Virus record (IMG/VR): IMGVR_UViG_3300035698_026135 | Coordinates: 32,001 to 96,000 of that record | From: a virus | Direction: 5' to 3' (one strand) | Length of the DNA: 64,000 bases | Part shown: piece after piece, positions 46,930 through 56,257 of the stretch | How positions within the stretch are numbered: the stretch's first letter is position 1 | How the letters are laid out: the number at the start of each line of letters is the position of its first letter | Position numbers and translations under genes: made by a program | The notes under the pieces: generated by a model | The model's input: only the letters and a program-made list of their open reading frames with translations | Told to the model about the DNA's origin: nothing | Databases searched by the model: none

Positions 46930-48585
46930 ATGGACGGTCCAAATAAAGCCGCAAGCGAGAGGGTCTATAAAGAGGGACTCAAAAAAAATGACTCGATTGA
47001 TATTTCTGGTTTATCAAACCCGAGAAACTTCAAAGAAGCAGAGAATTTTCTAAATAGAATTTTTACCCTCAACCAATTCGATAGAACCATTGGTGCTAAC
47101 GACAATAATAAAGGTAGGCCATCTCTGTCTTTGCGCTCTTATATCAACCAAGCGAAGAATGTAATCTCTGCGTTGGAAGCAAAGGGTGGTGTTGAGAATT
47201 TTATTCTATCAAATGCTGCTTTACATATCCTGAATCCAAATATAGGTCAGGGTCGAATCGTCAATCCTGTAACGACAATCATTGGCCCTCCGCCATTCTT
47301 TGGAGGATACACGACGGACACGCTAGATGTTCCGACCTCTCATATGAATCCTGTTACGAGGAATCCTGGCGATCGACTCTTAGATCAATACAATGGAGAA
47401 GATGTCCGCATAAAAGTTGAAGCTACGATTCCTCCGATTACCTATGAGAAAAAACTTACGTTCCCAGATGACGGCGGCAGCCCACTTGGCGGAGTTGATC
47501 AGGCCCTTGGAGCCGCAGGTCTCGGAGCAATTTCTGATACGGCGAGCGCCATTGCAGGAGGAAAGACGCTAAGGGATAAATATAAAGAATACAACATGCA
47601 GGATGACCCTCAAGCTCAAGGGGGAAATGTTGACGGAATGTTAAATAAGGTCGTATTTGATCCTTACACTCCGGACATGAATTCTAGGTCGGAGAACATC
47701 GACGGCGTTGATATCATAAAACCTGACTACACAAAGATATTCAACAAGCGAATCGGCGCCAGCGCTGGGAAGATGCCAGGCTGGTCAGCCGGCGGTCGAG
47801 GCTACCTCTACTATCACCCCGAACCTGATGCGCTATTTACCCCCAAAGACTATCCATCGAAGGTAAACCTTCAAAGAAACTTGGACTCCTATTTCAACGC
47901 CTTGGATGTAGAAAACGGCTACGTCGAAGAGAAGATTCAAGACGGACAGATCGTTGTACCCTTTTGTCTGAACGACCTCAGAAAGCCAGATAGATTCCTA
48001 TACTTTCGAGCTTTCCTTACAGAGTTTAGCGAAACTATCGCGGCCACTTGGACAAAGGAAGATTTCTACGGTCGTATTGATCCTGTCGGCACATATATGA
48101 ATACAGCAAGAACTTTCTCTGTGGGATTCACGGTTGTCGCAATGTCTTTGCCGGGCCTTACCACAATGTGGAAAAAGATAAATAACTTTTGTAAAATGCT
48201 CTATCCAACATACACCAACGGCATATTGTCAGCAGCGCCCGTTATTCGATTGAAGGTTGGAGATGTGTGTTCGGACGGAGACGGAAACGGATTGCCAGGA
48301 TGGATTGAGAACCTTTCCATAAATTATAGCGCAGCCACCTGGGAAATCGAAGCACACAAGGCTCCAATGTCAGCAGAGATATCTTTTATGTTTCAGGTTA
48401 TCCACGAAAAGAATCCGTCAGTTGATTCTGGATACAACTTCAATGTTGGTACGTTTAGAAAGATAGGTACAACCGGCGATCAAATGATTAGCGAAGACCA
48501 AAAACAAAACGAAGAGAAGGACGACAACTCAAAGGGAACCACCAATACGGAAAATCCCGATAAAGCAAATAGGGAGCCAGTTTAA
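46930..48585 (+). CDS. Baseplate tube-initiator-like protein
   Basis: FRAFLTEFSE..W....YGRIDP..Y..T.R.FSVGF tube-fold motif. Confidence 0.65.
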   Translation: MDGPNKAASERVYKEGLKKNDSIDISGLSNPRNFKEAENFLNRIFTLNQFDRTIGANDNNKGRPSLSLRSYINQAKNVISALEAKGGVENFILSNAALHILNPNIGQGRIVNPVTTIIGPPPFFGGYTTDTLDVPTSHMNPVTRNPGDRLLDQYNGEDVRIKVEATIPPITYEKKLTFPDDGGSPLGGVDQALGAAGLGAISDTASAIAGGKTLRDKYKEYNMQDDPQAQGGNVDGMLNKVVFDPYTPDMNSRSENIDGVDIIKPDYTKIFNKRIGASAGKMPGWSAGGRGYLYYHPEPDALFTPKDYPSKVNLQRNLDSYFNALDVENGYVEEKIQDGQIVVPFCLNDLRKPDRFLYFRAFLTEFSETIAATWTKEDFYGRIDPVGTYMNTARTFSVGFTVVAMSLPGLTTMWKKINNFCKMLYPTYTNGILSAAPVIRLKVGDVCSDGDGNGLPGWIENLSINYSAATWEIEAHKAPMSAEISFMFQVIHEKNPSVDSGYNFNVGTFRKIGTTGDQMISEDQKQNEEKDDNSKGTTNTENPDKANREPV

Positions 48586-48854
48586 TGAGTAGATATTATA
48601 GATCAGCCGGTAAGGCGGAAGGTGGATATAAAATTCCAAGATTTGTTTATGTTGATTTTTCTGACATTCCAGGAAAAGAATTCATGATTCAAGAAGGAGA
48701 TCGATTGGACGTAGTTGCTCAACAGGTGTATGGCGATCCCAACCTGTGGAAGGCAATACTTTTATACAACAATCTAGGATATATGTTCGAACTGAACCCT
48801 GGAGACATAATAAAATTACCTATTGACATTGAGTTAGTCCTCGAAAGAATTTAA
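48585..48854 (+). CDS. LysM-like baseplate protein
   Basis: EGDRLDVVAQQVYGDPNLWKAI..N..PGDIIKLP. Confidence 0.8.
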   Translation: MSRYYRSAGKAEGGYKIPRFVYVDFSDIPGKEFMIQEGDRLDVVAQQVYGDPNLWKAILLYNNLGYMFELNPGDIIKLPIDIELVLERI

Positions 48855-51659
48855 ATGGGAATAGTTATAGAAGGAAAAAGGTTTGAAGTCAGCGGACTTA
48901 GGACAAAAGACTTTGAAGAAACCGGATTAGACTTTGATCCGATCAAGTTTCCAAGGGCAAATAAGTCCCGAAAGAACGTGAAGGTAGAACTGATTGTTCT
49001 GCATTGGACGGGCGGAGAGGGAAGTTCTGCCGAACGCGTTAGAAACACTCTTCAAAGACGGTCTGCTGGTGCCCACTTTTTTGTGGATATCGATGGCACG
49101 GTATATCAATATGTAGATACCGCTCGCGCATCGGACCATGCGATGTATTCCAAGAACAGTATAGGAATAGAGATTCAAAACCCTGGTGTAGTCGGTGGTC
49201 TCGTAAAGGGAGACAAGAGAAGGAATGCATATAAAACAACGCTGCTCGGTGCGAAAAGAACTTTTTATACTTTCACTCCCGAACAAGAGGAAGCAACAAA
49301 GAAATTATCAAGCTTCCTGTGTCACAAATATAATATACCGTACACGGTTCCAAAGAATGAAGACGGATCCCTTTATACGGAAGTTTTAGACAAAACATAC
49401 GTGAGGGGATATAGCGGAATTTGCGGTCACTATCATATAAGTAAAAAGGGAAAGTTAGACCCAGGAACAGATCTCCTGAATGCCATCTTGAAAAACCCTC
49501 CTCCTGGAGTTGAAGCAAATCAAGTCGCGTATTCAGCAGCAGCAGCTGAAGAAAACAACAACAGCCGTGCAGAAGAAAGAAAGAAGGCGAAAGCCGCGAA
49601 AAAATTAAGAGAAAGATATGCGGCCATGACCAATAACCGCACGGCTCCGCCAGCCGAAGACGGTCAAAAATTTAAATATCTCGTCCTTGCCGGAGCTGCT
49701 GAGTTCGACCCAAATACAGAAGTGGAGGTAAGCGCAAGCCAAAAGTTGGTAGCTGGACCCCAAGACCGTTTTATCTCACAGCTTGAGGCCCTACGCACCG
49801 TGTCGAACGTAGAGCTTGCTGAGGCGGTTCCTGTATTGCAAGTTATGGCATACGATGAATCCGGAGAGTTTGTGAATTTAAACAAATTGATTTTCTCTAA
49901 GCCAACGTTTCACAACATCTTTGAGTCTCAAGATATTGTCCCAGGAATCAATCCAGAAAGACCCCTGGCTTCTATTGTATCTTTCGAGGAGACTATAGAT
50001 GAACCCGCCGCTGGTGGTGCATACGGAATATCAAAAGCCAAGCTTATGATAAAGATTCACAATCCCTCTCTTGTTCATGTCGATCATCCAACAGGAAAGT
50101 ACCTCTCCTACATGTTGGATGTCGGCCTACCGCTAAGAATAAGGTTTGGCACCACGCATCCCAATCTAACCGACAAAAGATTGAAAGAAGCCTTCAGTTG
50201 GGTTGAGAAAGATTTTATAATTTCTCACCATAACGCCACCGTCAATAATGATCTTACCGTGGACGCGACATTTAATATGACTATTGCCACACAAAAATTA
50301 ATGCAGACATTCTATGTAGGACAATATATACCGCTGGACTCTATTTCTTCTGACGACATTGACGCAAGCTCTAAAGGAAACGAGGAGACGGCCTCCGACG
50401 TTAAAAATACTTTCAAGCTGGCAAACAGTAGAGATGAAGGCGTGGGCGTAGGATATAATAAATCTGCCGAAACTGGAACAATATATTCCACACTCCAGGG
50501 CGCTGTCTCCAATCTTCCCAAGATTATAATCAGCGACAAAATGCAGCCAAAAAGAATACAGAACTCAATAAATGCCCTTCAGACCCTTCAGGCAAAACTT
50601 CTAACAAAGACGTTTGATATAATGCTCAAAGAGTGGTCATATAAATTTGAGATGCTCAAGGTAAAATATCCGGCGATCAACTTAGGGCCACTCTTGGAAA
50701 AAATGTTAAAGAAGGATCTGGGAAGGGTCCTACAAGAGATCACAACAAAAAAGATAAACATAGGCGACCGATACTCTACGGATGGCGCCCAAACAGCATC
50801 CGCCAAAGTTGAGTTTGTTTTTGGAAACTTTAACCAAAATGCAGGAGGATTCTGGGCGGGGAAACCGATAAGTTCTTTCCCCATTAATGTCGAAGCACTA
50901 TTGTCTTACATTCGAACAAACCGCGACGTTGGAAAATTCAACGGAAATATAAATGCATTCATGCAGAAGTTGGCATACATCATTGGAGATGAAGCCAACT
51001 TTACCGCAAAGCCGGTAAGCGAAATGACCTTCTTTGAAAGGTTGGCCGAAGAAGAAGGAATAAAGCCCGTAATTAGCACTCCGTCGATAAAATATTCTTT
51101 ATACAAAAGTTCGGATGCGAGCTTCCCGAAGTGGATATTTTATATTTTTGATGCCAAGCAAAGGGTTATAGAATCCGATGCTGCTGTTGACGGAGTAAGT
51201 CAACTCAACAAGGGCAAGGTTAGGTCGGTACTTCTTGAGAGATCTATTCCCTTTGTTGAGCCAGGATCAGAAAGAACTTTGATAAAATCAATGTCCGCGA
51301 CGACTATCGACGGCGACAACATCGGAACTCAAGCATTAATTAAAGCGAACGTAGCCAATCTCAGTGCTCGCCAAATAGACGACGCCTCTTTGAAGGCGTT
51401 GTCAACCGGAATTTCATCGGAGTTTATTCACGGCAATGCGCACAACACCAGCCAAATTATTAGACACGACCCGCTCATTCTTCCTTTACAAATGACGATG
51501 GAACATTATAATATGGTAACCACAGAGATGTTTAGTCCAATGTATGTATTTTTCCCACTTGCTCGTTATTCTAGAATCTATAGGATAATGCAAGTCGTTC
51601 ACAAGATCGAGAACGGAACCGCCTCCACCAGTATGTCACTTATCGTTCAAGACACGTAG
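48855..51659 (+). CDS. N-acetylmuramoyl-L-alanine amidase fused to a probable baseplate hub domain
   Basis: IVLHWT, AHFFVD.DG, SIGIEI, GHYHI..K.DPG; C-terminal YRIMQVVHKI..T.M.L. Confidence 0.75.
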   Translation: MGIVIEGKRFEVSGLRTKDFEETGLDFDPIKFPRANKSRKNVKVELIVLHWTGGEGSSAERVRNTLQRRSAGAHFFVDIDGTVYQYVDTARASDHAMYSKNSIGIEIQNPGVVGGLVKGDKRRNAYKTTLLGAKRTFYTFTPEQEEATKKLSSFLCHKYNIPYTVPKNEDGSLYTEVLDKTYVRGYSGICGHYHISKKGKLDPGTDLLNAILKNPPPGVEANQVAYSAAAAEENNNSRAEERKKAKAAKKLRERYAAMTNNRTAPPAEDGQKFKYLVLAGAAEFDPNTEVEVSASQKLVAGPQDRFISQLEALRTVSNVELAEAVPVLQVMAYDESGEFVNLNKLIFSKPTFHNIFESQDIVPGINPERPLASIVSFEETIDEPAAGGAYGISKAKLMIKIHNPSLVHVDHPTGKYLSYMLDVGLPLRIRFGTTHPNLTDKRLKEAFSWVEKDFIISHHNATVNNDLTVDATFNMTIATQKLMQTFYVGQYIPLDSISSDDIDASSKGNEETASDVKNTFKLANSRDEGVGVGYNKSAETGTIYSTLQGAVSNLPKIIISDKMQPKRIQNSINALQTLQAKLLTKTFDIMLKEWSYKFEMLKVKYPAINLGPLLEKMLKKDLGRVLQEITTKKINIGDRYSTDGAQTASAKVEFVFGNFNQNAGGFWAGKPISSFPINVEALLSYIRTNRDVGKFNGNINAFMQKLAYIIGDEANFTAKPVSEMTFFERLAEEEGIKPVISTPSIKYSLYKSSDASFPKWIFYIFDAKQRVIESDAAVDGVSQLNKGKVRSVLLERSIPFVEPGSERTLIKSMSATTIDGDNIGTQALIKANVANLSARQIDDASLKALSTGISSEFIHGNAHNTSQIIRHDPLILPLQMTMEHYNMVTTEMFSPMYVFFPLARYSRIYRIMQVVHKIENGTASTSMSLIVQDT

Positions 51660-52817
51660 ATGCACTTCTATAAGACTCTATCCAACAACAACGAGGATAG
51701 TTATGCCCTAGATGGGAAGTTCTATAGTTCAAGCGCGCCCTCGATTGAGAGCCTTGGCCTAGAGCATAGTTGCATGTGGAACAAGAAGAATAACAAAGCG
51801 ATAGAGAAGTCTGTTGACTTGATGGACATTTTTAACTTCTATAAGATATCTGAGCTGTCTGAGCTTGCCTCCCTGTTTTCGTGTGAGGACTTCGCTCCGT
51901 ACAACGAATCAAAGAGTAGAATAAAATCCATCGCAGGTTCCTATAGGTGTCCCGGCCTCAACATGAAAGGTTATGGGGTTGATCAAATCATTCCTCCTAG
52001 ATTTCTTAGGACCTTCGCCGAAAGAGAGACGGAAGTTCTGGCCTGTGCATACAGCTTCTTGAGAACTAAACACTGGTTCGAGAAAGTATTTTCTTTCTTT
52101 TCTGGTTTCGACTCCATGAATGTGTTGAAGGATTTGAAATATTCTATAGACACAAAGATGGGCCAACAGAATATAGACATAGCCTGGCAAGCAAACTTCA
52201 GATTAAAATCCTCTCCTGGATACTTCAATCTTTTCAACATGAGAAAACAGGACAGACATATCATCGTACCTCAAGACGATGAAAGCTTTTTGTTCTATGC
52301 AGACTTTCGACAGTTTGAAATGAGAACATTCTTCATGCTCCATCCTGAAATCAATATGGATTTTTCAAATTTGGAAATCTATACAGAGATGGCTAAGAAA
52401 CTTGGGCTCTCCAGAGACGAAGCCAAGCTTCAAATGATAGCTTATAGCTACGGACAGAAGAATGAACGCCTAGACAAAGCATTCAAGAGGAATGTATTGC
52501 TTGACGGCATTCACGATGAGCTTTATATTTGGGAGAGATATCCTGTTGTGGTCAGAGAGAACGATGCAGCAAAGGTTCACACCATAGTCCAGACCATATC
52601 TCAATACTTTTATATCGAAAAGCTTCACAAATTGTTTAAACTGCTAGAAAACAAAGAATCTAAATTCTTGTACCCTCATCACGATAGTGTTATTATATCA
52701 ATGAAGAAGAGCGAAGTTGATCTGATACCACAAATAAAAGCCATACTTGAGGATGATGTATATAAAGTTCAAATGGCTGTTGGCAAAGACCTATCAAACC
52801 TAAAGGACATAGAATGA
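51660..52817 (+). CDS. Minimal family A DNA polymerase-like protein
   Basis: Motif A ADFRQFEMR, motif B RDEAK..YG, motif C HHDS; only 385 aa. Confidence 0.7.
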   Translation: MHFYKTLSNNNEDSYALDGKFYSSSAPSIESLGLEHSCMWNKKNNKAIEKSVDLMDIFNFYKISELSELASLFSCEDFAPYNESKSRIKSIAGSYRCPGLNMKGYGVDQIIPPRFLRTFAERETEVLACAYSFLRTKHWFEKVFSFFSGFDSMNVLKDLKYSIDTKMGQQNIDIAWQANFRLKSSPGYFNLFNMRKQDRHIIVPQDDESFLFYADFRQFEMRTFFMLHPEINMDFSNLEIYTEMAKKLGLSRDEAKLQMIAYSYGQKNERLDKAFKRNVLLDGIHDELYIWERYPVVVRENDAAKVHTIVQTISQYFYIEKLHKLFKLLENKESKFLYPHHDSVIISMKKSEVDLIPQIKAILEDDVYKVQMAVGKDLSNLKDIE

Positions 52818-53065
52818 ACAAAGAGAAAGATGATCTTATTAAATTTGTAGTCTGGCGCTACGGCAACCCCGACTGGCCGCAGATTATGTGTGCTTCTACC
52901 CACCAAGAGGCCGCGAGACTCTACGCAAGATCGCAGACACAGAACGACAAATCTCCACACTCTCTGACCAAGGTCGCCGTGGCACACTGCAAAGGTGGCA
53001 CTGTTCTTGTTTTCAATGTACAGATTGATATCATCTTCGCAAAGAACGAAGAGGGAATAGAATGA
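52814..53065 (+). CDS. Hypothetical protein
   Basis: AAGGA RBS; ATGA overlap. Confidence 0.55.
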   Translation: MNKEKDDLIKFVVWRYGNPDWPQIMCASTHQEAARLYARSQTQNDKSPHSLTKVAVAHCKGGTVLVFNVQIDIIFAKNEEGIE

Positions 53066-53280
53066 CCGAAGAGAAAGATGACCTCGATAAACATATCGAG
53101 GAAATAGAAAAGAAACATCCGGGCTTTGTTGCCAGGGTTGATGATAACGCGAAAAATAAAATCAACCTCGCCGAGATCGAAGAGATAATTGTGCAATGTC
53201 AAGAGGATGTTGATAATGGCTCTCTCGACATCAACGAGAGGTTTTACGCCTGGATGGCGGAAGAAGAATTAGATGAATAA
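53062..53280 (+). CDS. Hypothetical acidic protein
   Basis: GAGGG RBS; ATGA overlap. Confidence 0.55.
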   Translation: MTEEKDDLDKHIEEIEKKHPGFVARVDDNAKNKINLAEIEEIIVQCQEDVDNGSLDINERFYAWMAEEELDE

Positions 53281-53292
53281 AAAGGAAACAAA

Positions 53293-53907
53293 ATGAAAAA
53301 AGAGCACTTAAAAGAGATTGAGAAAAATAGAATTGTCGTATCGAAACTGATTGACAAAGTTGTTACATCAGATCGAAAAGAAAAGATTGTTGCCATGCTG
53401 GAGGACGATGACTTCGGAGCCCTCCTCTTTACGGCGCCTGCTTCATCCAAAAAGGAATATCATTACGCGTGGCCAGGAGGATTGGTCAGCCATAGCCTAA
53501 ATGTTTATAAAAACCTCAGAAAATTAAACACGGCATTCGAATGTGGATTCACGGAAGAAGAAATGTTTATTGGAGGATTCTTTCACGACCTCGGCAAAGC
53601 CTGCGATTCTACGCTGAAAAATCCTCAATATGTTCCTACCACCGAGGACTGGAAGCTAAGGAAGGGTTGGTTTTATGAATATTCTAAAGAGGGAGTATAT
53701 TTGACAAATCATCTAAGGAGCCTGTATGTTTTTCAACACTTTGGAATTAGGTTAACCGCAGAGGAATATCAAGCAGTTTTTTTAAATGATATGCATTATT
53801 TGCAATCAAATTCCGACTTCAAGCTGAAAGAATGTAGTTTGGCGTTAATGGTGCACACGGCTGATCGCTGGGCACTTTCTATGGAAGTAGCCGAAAAACA
53901 ACTATAA
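53293..53907 (+). CDS. HD-domain phosphohydrolase (YhaM-like HD)
   Basis: HYAWPGGLVSHSL, FHDLGK, HTAD. Confidence 0.85.
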   Translation: MKKEHLKEIEKNRIVVSKLIDKVVTSDRKEKIVAMLEDDDFGALLFTAPASSKKEYHYAWPGGLVSHSLNVYKNLRKLNTAFECGFTEEEMFIGGFFHDLGKACDSTLKNPQYVPTTEDWKLRKGWFYEYSKEGVYLTNHLRSLYVFQHFGIRLTAEEYQAVFLNDMHYLQSNSDFKLKECSLALMVHTADRWALSMEVAEKQL

Positions 53908-53916
53908 GTATTATGG

Positions 53917-54807
53917 ATGAAAAAAATCTATAAGACATATTCGCTCTCTTGTAATAATGAGGTATTCTATATAGGAAGAACGGAACAGTTGTTAAAAAAC
54001 AGATTAAAAAGACATGTCGTAGACGCCTTTCTTAAAATTGATGATAAATGGAAATATACTTATCGCAATGCAAATAAGGTAAGAAAACTAACAAACAATA
54101 ATATAGGAATAAAAATTTCTCTTTTAAAAGAATATCCCTCATTAAACGAAGCGTTAGAAGGAGAAAAAGAACTCATCTCCTCTTATATAGAAAAAGGAGT
54201 CCGGCTTACAAACCACACTGCCGGAGGAGATGGCTCTTTAGGGTTAAAGCATAGTGAAGAAACGAAGAAAAAGATTAGCAAAAATTCTTTAAATTGGTGG
54301 AAAAATAATCCTGAAGCAAGAAAGTTTTCCAAAGAGCACAAAGACAATCTATCAAAAGCCGGAAAAGGAAGAATTTTCTCCAAGGAACATATAGAAAATA
54401 TGAAAAATGCAAAACATCTTTCGGGAAAAGATAATCCCAAATCTAAAAAAGTGGTACAATATTCTCTGGCGGGCAAGAAGCTGACCACATTTGATTCAAT
54501 AGGCGAAGCTGCTCGGATCGCGGGACTCGCAGCTCCCAATATTATCGAAGCCTCCAGAAACAAAAGAAGGACTGCCGGTGGTTTTGTGTGGCGACTTGTT
54601 GGAGAGTCATTTGATTATATTCCTTACAAGAGGCCAACCAAGGCAGTACATCAGTTTGATCTGGATGGAAATCTTATAAAAGAATATACCTCAATAAAAA
54701 AGGCCGGCGAACAAAATGGAGTATTTGGAACTACTATCTCCCTAGTCTGCAAAGGTAAACAGAAAACGGCCGGAGGTTTTATGTGGAAATACGCTTCCGA
54801 AGACTAA
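53917..54807 (+). mobile_element. Free-standing GIY-YIG homing endonuclease with NUMOD3 and NUMOD1 modules
   Basis: KTY..YIGRT..R.KRH..E..N..GG; HSEETKKKIS-type repeats; two VxQ(Y/F)xL.G..TAGGF.W units. Confidence 0.85.
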
Positions 54808-54829
54808 TTAAAGTAGAGGAAATTGCCAG

Positions 54830-55762
54830 ATGTCAGAAGTAAAGACCTATGCGGACAGCGAAGTTGAATTGGATTATCACCCCGACGAAGGAGTGATTTA
54901 TGTCAAAAGCAAAAAAGGCAAAGATTTAGGCCAGCTAAAGAAGATTTCGGACAAAATAAAGAATGTCTTGAGCGTTAATTCCGTTGCTGTAGAGGGAGAC
55001 AATGCGATGAGTCTAAAGCTCGATCCAAAGTCTTCCCCAGATATGACCCACGAATTCCTTCAGACGATGCTTGGTGGAGGCTTCGAACAAAAAGACGCCC
55101 AAGAGATAGGCCAGTCCGCCGCTCGGGACGATGCGGAAGCTGTTCCGCCACCTCCGCCCGCTGGAGATCCAAACGCACCACAGCCCCCGCCAGAGGGCGA
55201 GGAAGAGCCGCAAGAGGAACTCCCTCAAGAATCTCTGGTGCTCGATGCCTTCAATACACTATATGAAAGCTATATGCTAAAAGAGTCAACGTACAGAACC
55301 GGAAAGTATTGGGACTCGTTGGCCGCTGGGATTGGTAAAGGAAAACAGCACATCACCTATTTTGATGTCCTCTCTTCTCGCAAGCTTTTTACACAAAAGA
55401 AAAAAAGCTCAAACAGAAATGAAACCCTGCGGTCTCAAGATAGAGCGGCAAAATATTTCTATAGAGTCCTCCGTCGAGAGCAAGGCGAAGAAATTGCTAA
55501 AAACTTCATGAGGCAGTATAGAGACATAGGCTCTCTAACTCCTTCGGATTACCGCGCCCCAGCCGATGATGAGGGAAGCGAATCAAGCCTCTCTCCTCAA
55601 GATGCTCCAGGATTAGATCTGAAATCTATTGACTTCTCCGAGTTCTTCCCTAAAGATAAGAAGGGTAAGAAATCCAAAGATGACGATGATGATGACGGAG
55701 ATGACATAGAGGATGACTTGGAAAAACTCACTGAGCCGGACGAAGAAGAATATCCAGAATAA
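54830..55762 (+). CDS. Acidic/Pro-rich hypothetical protein, probably late-expressed
   Basis: CTAATTAA at 54804, GAGGA RBS; LYES and LKES sites. Confidence 0.55.
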   Translation: MSEVKTYADSEVELDYHPDEGVIYVKSKKGKDLGQLKKISDKIKNVLSVNSVAVEGDNAMSLKLDPKSSPDMTHEFLQTMLGGGFEQKDAQEIGQSAARDDAEAVPPPPPAGDPNAPQPPPEGEEEPQEELPQESLVLDAFNTLYESYMLKESTYRTGKYWDSLAAGIGKGKQHITYFDVLSSRKLFTQKKKSSNRNETLRSQDRAAKYFYRVLRREQGEEIAKNFMRQYRDIGSLTPSDYRAPADDEGSESSLSPQDAPGLDLKSIDFSEFFPKDKKGKKSKDDDDDDGDDIEDDLEKLTEPDEEEYPE

Positions 55763-55766
55763 AAGT

Positions 55767-55794
55767 TTGACTTTTATAATTTTAACATTAGAAT
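55767..55794 (+). promoter_or_regulatory. Sigma70-type promoter TTGACT-N16-TAGAAT
   Basis: Intergenic, ahead of the SSB/RecA block. Confidence 0.6.
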
Positions 55795-55803
55795 AGATAG
55801 ATA

Positions 55804-56220
55804 ATGAAGTTCAGAGAACAGATTTTATTAGGCACGTTTTTGGAATCTATGGAAGTTGACACTCCGGTGTTGCGCGACATAGTAGAGAACTTTAGCGTCA
55901 GCACAGTCTTTGTGTTTGACACAACGGAGGACGCTGGCTGTCTGATCACTTTCAATATTCCCAAGGATGAGAACGACCACAGAGTAAAGGGATTCAAAGA
56001 GAAGTATAAAAATACCGTAATGCTTCACAGAAACAAAGAGACCAATACCCTATTCACAATCAACAGCTTAAACAAAATCATCTTCAACCAATGCGGTTCT
56101 AGGAATCCCTCACACAAAGTAGATTGGAGCGACTATAAAAGCTCTGTCGTGCTTCTGGGTGGAGACAAACAAGCAAAACAAATAAAGATAGACCTTAGAG
56201 AAATAATAGACTTAATGTAA
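55804..56220 (+). CDS. Hypothetical protein preceding SSB
   Basis: LHRNKETNTLFTINSLN motif; follows a sigma70-type promoter. Confidence 0.6.
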   Translation: MKFREQILLGTFLESMEVDTPVLRDIVENFSVSTVFVFDTTEDAGCLITFNIPKDENDHRVKGFKEKYKNTVMLHRNKETNTLFTINSLNKIIFNQCGSRNPSHKVDWSDYKSSVVLLGGDKQAKQIKIDLREIIDLM

Positions 56221-56257
56221 AATAAAAAATGCAAACAAAACAAAGGAGAAAATAAAA

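Noticed and set aside
34200-51662. Readthrough fusions at zero-gap in-frame junctions (34202/34203, 48854/48855, 51659/51660)
   Set aside because: Each downstream gene has its own start codon; translational coupling is simpler and a hub-PolA fusion is implausible
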